This document shows, piece by piece, positions 38,146-47,390 of a DNA stretch of 64,000 nt (the stretch's first letter is position 1; each line of letters starts with the position of its first letter). The DNA is taken from the NCBI GenBank assembly GCA_963766655.1, contig CAVYBB010000001.1, forward strand, positions 260,474-324,473, written 5' to 3'. Source of the stretch: an uncultured Chloroflexia bacterium. GTDB taxonomy: Bacteria; Chloroflexota; Limnocylindria; Limnocylindrales; CSP1-4. The notes under the pieces were generated by a model. It had not been told where the DNA came from. It worked only from the letters and a program-made list of their open reading frames with translations, and made no database searches. The translations under genes were made by a program, and so were the position numbers.

Positions 38146-39159
38146 TCACATCGTCTTGCGGTACGAGATCCCCGTCTGGTGGCGGCGGAAGCCGTAGGAC
38201 TCGTAGAGCCGGAGCGCGCCCGTCGGGTTCTCTGCATCGACGCCCAGCGCCGCCTCTTCGAGGCCACGCGCCCGGAGCATCCGCAGCGAATCCGCGATGA
38301 GCGCGCCGGCCAGGCCGCGGCGGCGCCACGGTCGTCGGACAGAGATGTGCTCGAGCCAACCGCGCCGGACCCCGAGGATCTCGAAGTCCTCCGGAAAGAC
38401 GAAATTCATGACCGAGCCAGCGACTTCATCGCCATCCCATGCCACGCGCCACATCGACGTATCGATGGCTGGCACCGAGAACATCCCGAGAAAGTCCTCT
38501 TCCGTTCGCTCGGACGGTTCCCAGTGATCGCGGAATGCTTCGACGTCCGCGTCCCAGATTCGCCTGTGGTCAGCCTCGACGACCGGGCGGACCTCGAGCC
38601 CGTCCGGCAGCGGGGCATCGGGGATGGGATCCGCGAGCGAGCGAACCATCATGAAGCCGTATCGGACGCGCTCATAGCCCTCGGATTCCAGCAAGGCAAT
38701 GGACGCGGGCTGCGTCTCGCTGACCCAGGAGTTGAAGACGTGCGGTTCGTGACTCTTCCAACCGGCGGCCACCTCGCGCGACCGTCCTTCGGCCCAGTGA
38801 AGGAGCGAGCGGCCGATGCCCTGCCGCCGTTGAGCCGGTCGAATCCAGCCCGTGAGCTCGTGATGGACCTTGTCGCCGCGGATCCGATGCGTGCGCTGGG
38901 TGCCCCCGACAAGGTCGCCGTCGATTTCCGCGACGAGCATGTCGAGGCCGGCGTCGAACCCGGCGTGATGGACCAGATCGTTGCGGAAGTCCTCCGCCGA
39001 CGGCACGTAGTCGTCACCGTCCGCGAGGTTCGCCTCGACGATGAGGGCGACCAGCGAAACGAGGTCGCGGTCCATGTCGAAGGGCCGGAAGCACAGGCCG
39101 GGGATCGCCGGCGCATCGGGGAGATCGATGATCGTGTCGGTCGTCGGTTGGGTGGTCAC
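38146..39159 (-). CDS. double-GNAT acetyltransferase (mycothiol synthase MshD-like architecture)
   Basis: Two GNAT cores (RRQGIGRSLL; WRRRGLAGALI). Tail GVDAENPTGALRLYESYGF. Confidence 0.7.
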   Translation of the reverse strand: MTTQPTTDTIIDLPDAPAIPGLCFRPFDMDRDLVSLVALIVEANLADGDDYVPSAEDFRNDLVHHAGFDAGLDMLVAEIDGDLVGGTQRTHRIRGDKVHHELTGWIRPAQRRQGIGRSLLHWAEGRSREVAAGWKSHEPHVFNSWVSETQPASIALLESEGYERVRYGFMMVRSLADPIPDAPLPDGLEVRPVVEADHRRIWDADVEAFRDHWEPSERTEEDFLGMFSVPAIDTSMWRVAWDGDEVAGSVMNFVFPEDFEILGVRRGWLEHISVRRPWRRRGLAGALIADSLRMLRARGLEEAALGVDAENPTGALRLYESYGFRRHQTGISYRKTM

Positions 39160-40184
39160 GCCGATGCCTCCGTGGTCGAGTCGAACGGTTTGCGCCAGGC
39201 GGTGTTGCTGCTTCGGACCTCGAATCCGCAGCTCCGATAGAGCTCGAGGGCGGCATTGGCGTTCTCGGAGTCCACACCGAGGCCGGCACTCGTCATTCCC
39301 CGCGCGCGAAGCAGGTCGAGGCTGAGCAGGATCAGCGCGCGGGCGAGCCCGCGTCGCCGGAACGGGCGCCGGACGAACACGACATCAAGGGTCCCGCGAC
39401 GTCGGCCCAGGAGCTCATTCTCGTCGTCGTCGATGACGTTCCGCACGGCCCCTGCGACCTCGCCGCCGGCGAACCCGACGACGAACAACGACGGATCGGT
39501 CAGCGGATCGCCGGCGAACCGGGCAAACGCGTTCTCGCTCTCATCGCGCGCGCCCCAGTGGTCGCGGACGGCTTCCATCTCGGCCTCCCAGATGGCTCGC
39601 AGGTCGTCGCGGCCGACCGGTCGCACCGTGAAGTCGGCGGGCACCTTCGGATCCGGGATCCCGTCGAGGGTCGGCCGAACCATGTCAAAGAACGTCCGCA
39701 CCGACAGATAGCCGTTTGCGGCAAGAAGCTGATGCGCCGCGGTCTCGGTGTCCCACGTCTCCTGGCCGAACCAGCGCGGCCGGTCCGACTCGTGCCCGGC
39801 AGCGATCGCCCGGAGCCGCGATTCGCCCCAGGCGAGCATCGCCGAGCCGATCCCAACGCCCAGCCGATCCGGATGGAGGAGGCAGGTCAGGTCGTAGCTC
39901 CGACTGCCATCATCCTGATCGCTCCAGTCGACCCGGACGTACCCGATCGTCGTGCCGTCCAGCTCGACGATCGCGAGATCGCGCGACGGGTCGCAGTTCG
40001 TCAGGTGCTCGTACTGGTTCGTCATGCGTTCAACCGTGACGATCTCCTCGACACCGTTCGCGAGCCTGACCGCCATGTTCGCGGCGACCATCCCCGGGAT
40101 GTCGTCATCGCCCCAAAACTGCCGGAACGTGAGCCCAGGCAGGTTGGCGAGCGCGACGTCGAAGCCGTCAATGCGGATCACCAT
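39156..40184 (-). CDS. double-GNAT acetyltransferase, paralog of 38146..39159
   Basis: Same architecture (GVGIGSAML; FRRRGLARALI; GVDSENANAALELYRSCGF). 4-bp overlap with the downstream paralog. Confidence 0.7.
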   Translation of the reverse strand: MVIRIDGFDVALANLPGLTFRQFWGDDDIPGMVAANMAVRLANGVEEIVTVERMTNQYEHLTNCDPSRDLAIVELDGTTIGYVRVDWSDQDDGSRSYDLTCLLHPDRLGVGIGSAMLAWGESRLRAIAAGHESDRPRWFGQETWDTETAAHQLLAANGYLSVRTFFDMVRPTLDGIPDPKVPADFTVRPVGRDDLRAIWEAEMEAVRDHWGARDESENAFARFAGDPLTDPSLFVVGFAGGEVAGAVRNVIDDDENELLGRRRGTLDVVFVRRPFRRRGLARALILLSLDLLRARGMTSAGLGVDSENANAALELYRSCGFEVRSSNTAWRKPFDSTTEASA

Positions 40185-41266
40185 CCACCTCGTCCGTACT
40201 TCGCTTCCATGTGCGCGTTCACGCTCTTGCCGATCGCCTTCCAGCGACGGCGCTCCTCCGCCTTGGCGAATGCGTCGACCCGGCGCTCGAGGTGGCGGGC
40301 TTCACGCTCGAGCTTCTTCCAGCCCTCGAACCTGGTGGCGTCGAGGTCGCCGTCGACGATGGCCGCGGCTACGGCGCAACCGGGCTCGCCGGCGTGGCCG
40401 CAGTCGGAGAACCGGCAGGTCGCGGCGAGAGCGTCGATGTCGGCGAACGAGCGCTCGATGCCCCCGTCGGCGTCCCACAGGCCGAGCTCGCGCATGCCGG
40501 GCGTGTCGAGGATCAACCCGCCGTCCGGCATCCGGTGGAGCTGGCGCCGGGTCGTCGTGTGGCGGCCGCGGCCGTCGGCCTCGCGGATCTCACGGACCGC
40601 GGCCAGCTCGTCGCCGGCGAGCGTGTTGACGAGCGTGGACTTGCCGACGCCCGACGAGCCGACGAACGCGACGGTCGAGCCGGGCCCGATGCGGGCCCGC
40701 AACTCGTCGATCCCGCGCCCGTCGATGACGCTGACGGTGATGATCGGGACGCCGACGGCGATGGCCTCGACCTCGGCGCGGGTCGCGTCGACGTCCTCGC
40801 TCAGATCGGCCTTGGAGAGAACGACCACGGGCTCCGCGCCACTCTCCCAGGCAAAGGCGACGTAGCGCTCGAGGCGGCGCAGGTTCAGGTCGTGGTTGAG
40901 CGACGCGACGACGAACACCACGTCGACGTTCGCGGCCACGACCTGGGCGACCGACCTGAGCCCGGCCGCATGGCGGACGACGGTCGTCCGCCGAGGCAGG
41001 ATTGCGTGGACGGATGCGCCGTCGCCGCGCGCCTCGACCGCGACCCAGTCGCCGACGGCCGGATACGCGGCGGGGTCGTCGCCCGCCTCGAACCGGTAGC
41101 GGCCGGTCACGCTGGCCCGCAACTCGCCCGCGCCCGTCTGGACGACGTACGAGCCGCGGTCCTCGGCGACGACCCGAGCCGGCTCGAAGCCCGCCTCCGC
41201 GTGAGCCGCAAAGGCGGTCGAGACGTCGCCGGACCAGCCGAACGAGGCGAGATCGAGCATCGTCAT
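40178..41266 (-). CDS. rsgA: ribosome small-subunit-dependent GTPase A
   Basis: Circularly permuted GTPase: SKADL, GSSGVGKSTLVN, DTPG, and C-terminal CRFSDCGHAGEPGC zinc motif. Confidence 0.9.
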   Translation of the reverse strand: MTMLDLASFGWSGDVSTAFAAHAEAGFEPARVVAEDRGSYVVQTGAGELRASVTGRYRFEAGDDPAAYPAVGDWVAVEARGDGASVHAILPRRTTVVRHAAGLRSVAQVVAANVDVVFVVASLNHDLNLRRLERYVAFAWESGAEPVVVLSKADLSEDVDATRAEVEAIAVGVPIITVSVIDGRGIDELRARIGPGSTVAFVGSSGVGKSTLVNTLAGDELAAVREIREADGRGRHTTTRRQLHRMPDGGLILDTPGMRELGLWDADGGIERSFADIDALAATCRFSDCGHAGEPGCAVAAAIVDGDLDATRFEGWKKLEREARHLERRVDAFAKAEERRRWKAIGKSVNAHMEAKYGRGGW

Positions 41267-42069
41267 CAGCCGACCCTCTTGAGCTTGCCGGTCCGCTTCG
41301 CGTAACGCTCGGCGCGTCCGAAGGCCCAGAGGCCGAACGGGATGAGCACCGCGCCCATCACGAGCAGCGGCCAGACATCGTTGACGAGGTCACCGATCGC
41401 GGCGCCGTCGATCAGCCCGTGGCGGACGCCGTCGAGGACGTACGTGGCCGGCGACAGGCGGGACAGGACCTGCATCCAGCCCGGCAGGACGTCGACGGAG
41501 TAGTAGACGCCCGAGACGAGCAGGAGACACGACTGGAGGACGAACGTCATCTGCGCCCCACGCTCCACGTAGAGGAGCGGCAGGATCGCGGCGATCATCC
41601 CGATTCCGACGAAGCTGAACGACCCGAGCGCCATGAACAGGGCGACCGTCAGCGGATTGGCGCCGCTGAAGTCGAGCTGCGGGAAGAACAGGACGAGGAC
41701 GACGAGGATCACGGCCGTGTGAACCAGGCCGTAGACCATCGCGTACACGACGGAGCCGAGGAGCTGCGACGAGCGCCGGATCGGCGCCATCATCGTGTAC
41801 TCCAGGGTTCCCTCCCAGCGCTCCACGGAGATCGTCTCGGCGATCCACGAGAAGACGACCGACAGGTAGTTCCAGAAGATCGCGCCCACCATCAGCAGCA
41901 GGATCAGCCGCGGGCTGCCCTGGTCGGCACCGATGAGCGAGATGGAGAGCGCGCCCGCGACCGAGTAGACCAGGAAGGCGACTTCCCAGCCCCAGTAGCG
42001 GCGTGTGAGAAAGAAGTTGCGCTCGATGAAGGCGTACGAGGCCTTCAGCTCATGGGCGACGCTGAACAC
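41266..42069 (-). CDS. ABC-2 type transporter permease
   Basis: GTG 42069 after AGGAGA. Six hydrophobic segments. The stop overlaps the rsgA start. Confidence 0.8.
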   Translation of the reverse strand: MFSVAHELKASYAFIERNFFLTRRYWGWEVAFLVYSVAGALSISLIGADQGSPRLILLLMVGAIFWNYLSVVFSWIAETISVERWEGTLEYTMMAPIRRSSQLLGSVVYAMVYGLVHTAVILVVLVLFFPQLDFSGANPLTVALFMALGSFSFVGIGMIAAILPLLYVERGAQMTFVLQSCLLLVSGVYYSVDVLPGWMQVLSRLSPATYVLDGVRHGLIDGAAIGDLVNDVWPLLVMGAVLIPFGLWAFGRAERYAKRTGKLKRVG

Positions 42070-42103
42070 GGTGGTTCTCCTGCGAGGAGAGCCGGCCCGA
42101 TCC

Positions 42104-42295
42104 TCAGCGGAATCGGGCCAGCTCGAACGACGGCTCGCCGGCCAACCGCTCGCCCGCCCGGACGAGGGACTGACCAACGCGCTGTCGGATTGGTCGGGAC
42201 GGGCGGGCGAACCGGCGGAACTCTGCAGCCTGCCGGAACTCGTCCTCTCGTCGCTCCTTGGCCAGCCGAAGCTGGTACTTCGCGTACTCGTTCAT
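42104..42295 (-). CDS. small basic hypothetical protein (63 aa) encoded between the ABC ATPase and permease genes
   Basis: AAGGAGGTGA 7 nt before ATG 42295, immediately after the ATPase stop. MNEYAKYQLRLAKERREDEF...RQRVGQSLVRAGERLAG. Confidence 0.6.
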   Translation of the reverse strand: MNEYAKYQLRLAKERREDEFRQAAEFRRFARPSRPIRQRVGQSLVRAGERLAGEPSFELARFR

Positions 42296-42312
42296 TGCTT
42301 TCTCACCTCCTT

Positions 42313-43197
42313 TCATTCGTCGTTCTCGTCGCTCTCGTCCTCGACGTCCTCGTCGAGCGAGCGACCGGTGTAGGCCATGAACACGTCGTGGAGCGTTGCG
42401 GCCGCTCCGGTCCTGCTTGCCTGGTCGGCGATCAGGCCTCCAGGGGTGTTCTCGGCGACGACCTTGCCGCCGTCGAGGATCGTGATCCGGTTGCAGAGCC
42501 GCTCTGCCTCGGCGAGGTCGTGGGTCGTGAGCACGATCGACGCGTCGTGCGTCTCCCGGAGCTCCTCGACGAACGACTGGACGTCGAGCTTCGAGCGAGG
42601 GTCGAGGCCGGTCGTCGGCTCATCGAGCAGGAGGAGCGACGGGCTCGTCAGCAGGGCTCGCGCGATCGCGACCTTCTGCTGCATGCCGCGGCTCATCTGC
42701 TCGACCGGCCGGCCGACCCGCTTCTCGCCGATCCCGAGGCGACCCAGGATCGCGATTGCCTCACGCCGGGCATCCCCGGCGTTCTTTCCGTAGAGACGAG
42801 CTGCGAACAGCAGGTTCTCCATCGGGCTGAGCTTCTTGAAGAAGGCGGCATCGACGCTGACCCGGTTGATCAGCCGCTTGACCGCCATCTCCTCGCGGAC
42901 GATGTCGTGGCCGAAGACCTCGACCCGACCCTCGTCGAGCGTGAGGAGACCGCTCACCAGCCGGATGAGTGTCGACTTGCCGGACCCGTTCGCACCCAGG
43001 ATCCCGTGGATGCCGCCCCGCTCGAGGCGGAGTGACACGTTCGAGATCGCGGTGACGGGCTTGCGCTTCCGGCCGATCGTGAACCGCTTCGTGACGCCGT
43101 CGATGACGAGCGCTGGGACGGCTTCCTGGCCGGCGAGCGCGTCGACCGAGTCGACGGGCCTCGCGATATTCGGTTGCTGGAGCAATGTCGCGGTCAC
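42313..43197 (-). CDS. ABC transporter ATP-binding protein (DrrA/ABC-2 subfamily-like)
   Basis: Walker A GANGSGKST, signature MSRGMQQK, Walker B LLLLDEPTTGLD. GTG 43197. Confidence 0.9.
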   Translation of the reverse strand: MTATLLQQPNIARPVDSVDALAGQEAVPALVIDGVTKRFTIGRKRKPVTAISNVSLRLERGGIHGILGANGSGKSTLIRLVSGLLTLDEGRVEVFGHDIVREEMAVKRLINRVSVDAAFFKKLSPMENLLFAARLYGKNAGDARREAIAILGRLGIGEKRVGRPVEQMSRGMQQKVAIARALLTSPSLLLLDEPTTGLDPRSKLDVQSFVEELRETHDASIVLTTHDLAEAERLCNRITILDGGKVVAENTPGGLIADQASRTGAAATLHDVFMAYTGRSLDEDVEDESDENDE

Positions 43198-43335
43198 TGG
43201 AGTCGAGCCTCTGGTTGTTGCCTGCCTGTGACTGGGGTGCGGGGCCGGGAAATGAAGAGCCGCGGGCCCGCTGACGTCGTCCCGGACGTCGGGTGGGCCT
43301 CGCGGCTCCGGATGCGCTTCGCATGGAAGGGCATC

Positions 43336-43367
43336 AAAAAAGCCGGGGGCCCATCTGGCCCACGGCT
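43336..43367 (-). terminator. intrinsic terminator AGCCGUGGGCC-AGAU-GGGCCCCCGGCU followed by U6
   Basis: The hairpin plus the run of 6 A on the plus strand (43336-43341) gives a U-tract on the minus strand only. Confidence 0.65.
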
Positions 43368-43402
43368 CGTGGTTCGTGCTCCGGCGGGTCTACCGCCTCA
43401 GC

Positions 43403-43483
43403 CTAACTCGAGATGGGCACAGATCTCCCGATGACAGCACCACTGAGGGGCGCCATCGTGCGCGGGATCCGGAACTTCATCAT
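43403..43483 (-). CDS. candidate 26-codon leader ORF (MMKFRIPRTMAPLSGAVIGRSVPISS)
   Basis: AGGAGG (43493-43498) 9 nt before ATG 43483. It sits between a predicted promoter and the terminator. Several rare A/T-ending codons (AGT, AGA, TCT) argue against a conserved protein. Confidence 0.3.
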   Translation of the reverse strand: MMKFRIPRTMAPLSGAVIGRSVPISS

Positions 43484-43539
43484 TCGGAGCCGCCTCCTGC
43501 TGGAGTGGACGATGGCGGGCGATCTGCACGCCGGTCGGC

Positions 43540-43569
43540 AGTCTACGCGCGGCGCCGAGAGGGTGTCAA
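43540..43569 (-). promoter_or_regulatory. sigma-A-like promoter TTGACA-18-TAGACT
   Basis: -35 at 43564-43569 and -10 at 43540-43545, read on the minus strand. Confidence 0.45.
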
Positions 43570-44083
43570 CCCTGGCCGGGATGATGTCGGCGACGCGACA
43601 GTCGCCCGCCAGTTGTGCCCGGCCGCTCCGCCGCTTCGGACTTTCCTGCCACGTGTCCGTGGCGCAGACCTTGGGCAGGCTGCCCGACCGCCGTCGGCCC
43701 GGCAGTCGTCGGAATCAGCCTTCGAGGACTAACGGACCGCCCCGAATCCGGCGCATCCGGTGCTCTCGCCGCCCAAGACCCCGCCCAAGGTCTGTCAACC
43801 GGACATGTGGCATGGAAGTGCGCCCGGTGGCGGCGCCCGGGAGGTGCGCGGGACCCACGGTCAACATGGTGCCCCCGAACCGCCGTGTTGCCGGCCGACA
43901 GGCCGGCGCCGGGGGGCAAGTCGTGACCGGGAGTCCCGGAGGCGCCGCGACGTGGGTCGTGCGAGGTGCAGGGTCCCTGACGGGGCCCGATCTTGTTGAC
44001 CCAGAGTCCCGCGACGACCACGCGGCACGCGCCGCGGCCGCCGCGCGGCGTGCGCCGGGCCGCCGACATGCGCCGACGGGGCG

Positions 44084-44617
44084 ATGCGCGGGACTATCCT
44101 GCGATCCGTGCCACCGCTGGATCGCATCCCGGAGTTCGATCTCTACGCCGAGTTGGACGTCGCGCCGGACGCTGACGAGCAAGCCATCGAACGTGCCTGG
44201 CGCGCGGGCGTCCGGTCGGTACATCCCGACCGTGCCGGCAGCGCCGACGAGCGCTCGGCGACGATGCGCACGGTCAGGTTGAACATCGCCCGCGAGTGGC
44301 TCATGGACCCTTCGAAGCGGGAGCGTTACGACGTCCTCCGCCGGCCGGCTCGGCGACGGGCGGAGATCCCCGAGGTCGATCCCCTTGGTTCCTGGCCGGT
44401 ACGCCCGCGGCGCCGTCGGCCCCACCTGCTTGCCTTCCTCATGCGGGGCATCGTCGTCTCGCTGTCGATCGTGGTCATCACGGCGATCGTCGGGGTCGGA
44501 TCGAGCGTCCTGTCGGCCGTGCTGTTCCTGACGGGCGCCTTCACCTTCATGGCGTTCGCCCTGTACGCGGTCGTCTGGGTGCTCGTCGGGGTTATGACTC
44601 GTCGGCTGAACGACTGA
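44084..44617 (+). CDS. J-domain (DnaJ-like) membrane protein
   Basis: DLYAELDV...VHPDR (HPD)...NIAREWLMDPSKRERYD, then two hydrophobic segments. GTG 44108 is an alternative start. Confidence 0.8.
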   Translation: MRGTILRSVPPLDRIPEFDLYAELDVAPDADEQAIERAWRAGVRSVHPDRAGSADERSATMRTVRLNIAREWLMDPSKRERYDVLRRPARRRAEIPEVDPLGSWPVRPRRRRPHLLAFLMRGIVVSLSIVVITAIVGVGSSVLSAVLFLTGAFTFMAFALYAVVWVLVGVMTRRLND

Positions 44618-45197
44618 GGTCGCGCCTCACGATCACCCGGCGGACCGTGGCCGACGGCGAGTCGATCTCCTGGACGACCCGGAAACCGGCGGCCACGAAG
44701 GTCGAGAGGAGCCCCGTGTAGGCGACGCCCGCGCCGACCGTCGCGCCGCCGGCATCGACCGGGTACGCCTCGAGCGCGGGTGCGCCATGCTCGCGGGCGT
44801 AGTCGACGGCCGCATGGAGAAGCTGCCGCGCCAGGCCGCGGCGGCGTTCCGTGCGCGCGACGACGAAGCAGACGATCGACCACACCGGAACGTCGTCGAG
44901 CCGCGGCCGGATCCGCGACGCCTCGAGCCGGGCGAAGGCCTCGCGCGGCCCGAGACTGACCCAGCCGACGGCCGCCCCGTCGCGGTAGGCGAGGAGTCCG
45001 GGCGCCGGCCCGCGATCGACAATCTCGCGGAGGTGCTCCTGGTTGCGTGAGCGCGACGACAGCGACCAGTCCTTGCCGCGCAGCCGCCAGTAGACGCACC
45101 AGCAGGTCTTGGGATCGCCGCCCTGGTTGAACAGCGACGCGACGTCTGCCCAGCGATCGGCGGTCAGGGGCACGATCGACAGTGAACCGGCGGCCAT
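44592..45197 (-). CDS. GNAT-family acetyltransferase
   Basis: ATG 45197. RRRGLARQLLHAAVDYA acetyl-CoA loop. Its 3' end overlaps the J-domain gene convergently by 26 bp. Confidence 0.8.
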   Translation of the reverse strand: MAAGSLSIVPLTADRWADVASLFNQGGDPKTCWCVYWRLRGKDWSLSSRSRNQEHLREIVDRGPAPGLLAYRDGAAVGWVSLGPREAFARLEASRIRPRLDDVPVWSIVCFVVARTERRRGLARQLLHAAVDYAREHGAPALEAYPVDAGGATVGAGVAYTGLLSTFVAAGFRVVQEIDSPSATVRRVIVRRDLSRSADES

Positions 45198-45360
45198 GCG
45201 TCCATCGTAGGCACGAACGGGACAGCCGATGTCAGGATTCGCACCACGGTCGGGGAGGCGTTTGACGCTCCCGGACCACCGCCGTACGCTGCCGTTCCAG
45301 TCCGATCCCCCGACGCAGGTTGCCGTGGACGTCGCCTTGCATCCCGATACGTCGCGCCTC

Positions 45361-45943
45361 ATGGAGCCGCTTCGTGGCGCCTCCCTCGACGCCGAGCTGG
45401 CCGCGCTCGTGTCGATCCTCGTCGAGCAGGGCGTCTCGATCGTCGTCGCTGCCCCGCCGGAGTCGCGAAGTGCCGCGGAGCGCCTGGTCGGGGCCCTCGA
45501 CCCGACGCGGACGCCCGGTCGATCTCGACCACTTCGGTGAGGGCAGCCAGGCCCTTCTCCGGGCCGCGTCGCTCGGGGTCGGCTTCGCCGCGACGATCGA
45601 GGCCGCGTCCCTCGAAGATGTCTTCGAGCGGCTGCGGGCTGCCGCCGACCTTTCGGACGACGAGCTCTCGTATCTCGGAGTGGTGATCGTCCTCGATGGG
45701 GCAGGTCGCGTCGCCGTCGCCCATCACGTCCGGCCGCTCGCCCTCGACGGCCATGGCCACGTCCAGCGCCTAGGTCCGGCGGTCCTCGCCGCTCGGGACG
45801 CGGCGAGCGGTCGCCTCGAGCACTTCTCCTGGGCCGTCATGCCGGAGCTGGCCTCGCGGATCCGCTGGAAGGCCGGCGACCTGGAGGCGGAGGTCGATCG
45901 GCGCCACGAGACGCTCAGCCACGCTGCAGGACACCCGTCGTGA
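45361..45943 (+). CDS. hypothetical protein resembling a CpaF/VirB11-type ATPase core without a Walker A motif; one frame break near 45510
   Basis: LVEQGVSIVVAAPPESRSAAERLVGAL sits where GxxGxGKT is expected. GFAATIEAASLEDVFERL resembles the His-box region. Parts lie in ORFs 45229..45540 and 45320..45943. Confidence 0.45.
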
Positions 45944-47381
45944 CGGCTCGTCCCGTCGACGCCACCCGCCCCGCGACCCTCGGTGAGCTGCGCGCGTCCG
46001 GCTGGCAGAGCCGGTCGGTCAAGGCGGAGCTGCGAGCGAACCTCCTCGAGCGGCTGGCATCGGGCCGGGGGATCATGCCCGGCATCGTCGGCTACGGGGA
46101 CAGCGTCGTCCCGGCGATCGAGAACGCGATCGTCGCGGGCCAGGACCTCGTCTTCCTCGGCGAGCGGGGCCAGGCCAAGACGCGGATGGCTCGGCTGCTC
46201 GTCGACCTGCTCGACGAGTGGCTGCCCGTCGTCCGGGGCGGCGAGCTGAACGACGACCCGTACGCCCCGATCAGCCCATCCGGCCGGGCCATTGTCGACG
46301 AGCACGGCGACGAGACGCCGATCGACTGGCTGCCCCGCGACCGGCGCTACGCGGAGAAGCTCGCGACGCCCGACATCACGATCGCCGACCTGATCGGCGA
46401 GGTCGACCCGATCCGCGTCGCCGAGGGACGCTACCTCTCCGACGAGCTGACCCTCCACTACGGCCTCATCCCGCGGGCGAACCGCGGCATCTTCGCGATC
46501 AACGAGCTGCCGGACCTCGCCGAGCGGATCCAGGTCGGGCTCCTCAACATCCTCGAGGAGCGCGACGTCCAGATCCGCGGCTTCACGGTGCGCCTGCCGC
46601 TCGACCTGTACGTCGTCGCCTCGGCAAATCCGGAGGACTACACGAGTCGCGGGCGGATCATCACGCCGCTCAAGGACCGCCTCGGGACGCAGGCCCGGAC
46701 GCACTACCCCGTACCCTCGAGCACGAGCTCGAGATCGTCCACCAGGAGAAGAAGCGGTTCGAGGCCGGCGAGGGCGAGCCGGCGGTCGTCGTCCCGCACT
46801 TCATGGAGGAGCTGCTCGCAGAGCTCACCCACCTCGCCCGGCGATCACCGGAGATCAGCCAGCGGTCCGGTGTGAGCGTCCGGGTGACCGTCGCCAACGC
46901 GGAGGTGCTGGAGGCGGCGGCGCTCCGGCGCGCGGTCAGGCTCGGGGAGTCGGTCGCCTCGCCGCGGGTCTCGGACCTGGGCGCCGTGATCGCCTCGACG
47001 GTCGGCAAGATCGAGCTGGAATCGGTCGGCGACGAGGCGCCTGAGGAGCGGGTCGTCGAGCGGCTGATCACGAAGGCCCTCTACGCGACGTTCGGCCGGC
47101 GCGTCTCGATCGACGACCTCGACGACGTGGTGCTCGCGTTCGAGGACGGCCTCGTCATCGAGACCGGCGAGGGCGTTCCGTCGCACGAGTACGTGGGCTG
47201 GATGCGCGAGGTCCCGGGACTTCACGAGGCGGTTCGGCGCCTGGGCGCCTTCGACGCCACCGACGGCGCGGAGGAGCCGGGCGTCGTCGCTTCCGCGGTG
47301 GAGTTCCTCCTCGAGGGCCTGCATCTGTCGCGCCGCATCAACAAGGATCGGGCCGGCGCGGCGACGGTCTATCGACGATGA
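45940..47381 (+). CDS. BchI/MoxR-like AAA+ ATPase (Mg-chelatase-like); frame break at a C4 run (46707-46710)
   Basis: DLVFLGERGQAKTRMAR (Walker A-like), GIFAINELPDL (Walker B) and VASANPEDY. The C-part lies in the frame of ORF 46218..47381. Confidence 0.75.
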
Positions 47382-47390
47382 CGGGGACCC

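Noticed and set aside
43638-43646. GGAAAGTCC on the minus strand, about 300 nt upstream of the terminator. The spacing is reminiscent of the P4 strands of RNase P RNA.
   Set aside because: The conserved context is missing: no GGGCUCCACAG after the motif, no GGUAAGGGUGAAA, and no ACAGAACCCGGC near the 3' end. I treat the match as chance. An Rfam RF00010 scan would settle it.
43198-44083. Possible tmRNA, SRP RNA, or a cobalamin or c-di-AMP riboswitch in the 886-bp gap. Examples are CCCGAATCCGGC at about 43740 and GGTTCGTGCTCC at about 43370.
   Set aside because: I found no tRNA-like acceptor/T-arm with a CCA end, no tag ORF, no SRP GGAA/AGCA motifs and no B12 box. The short matches are isolated.
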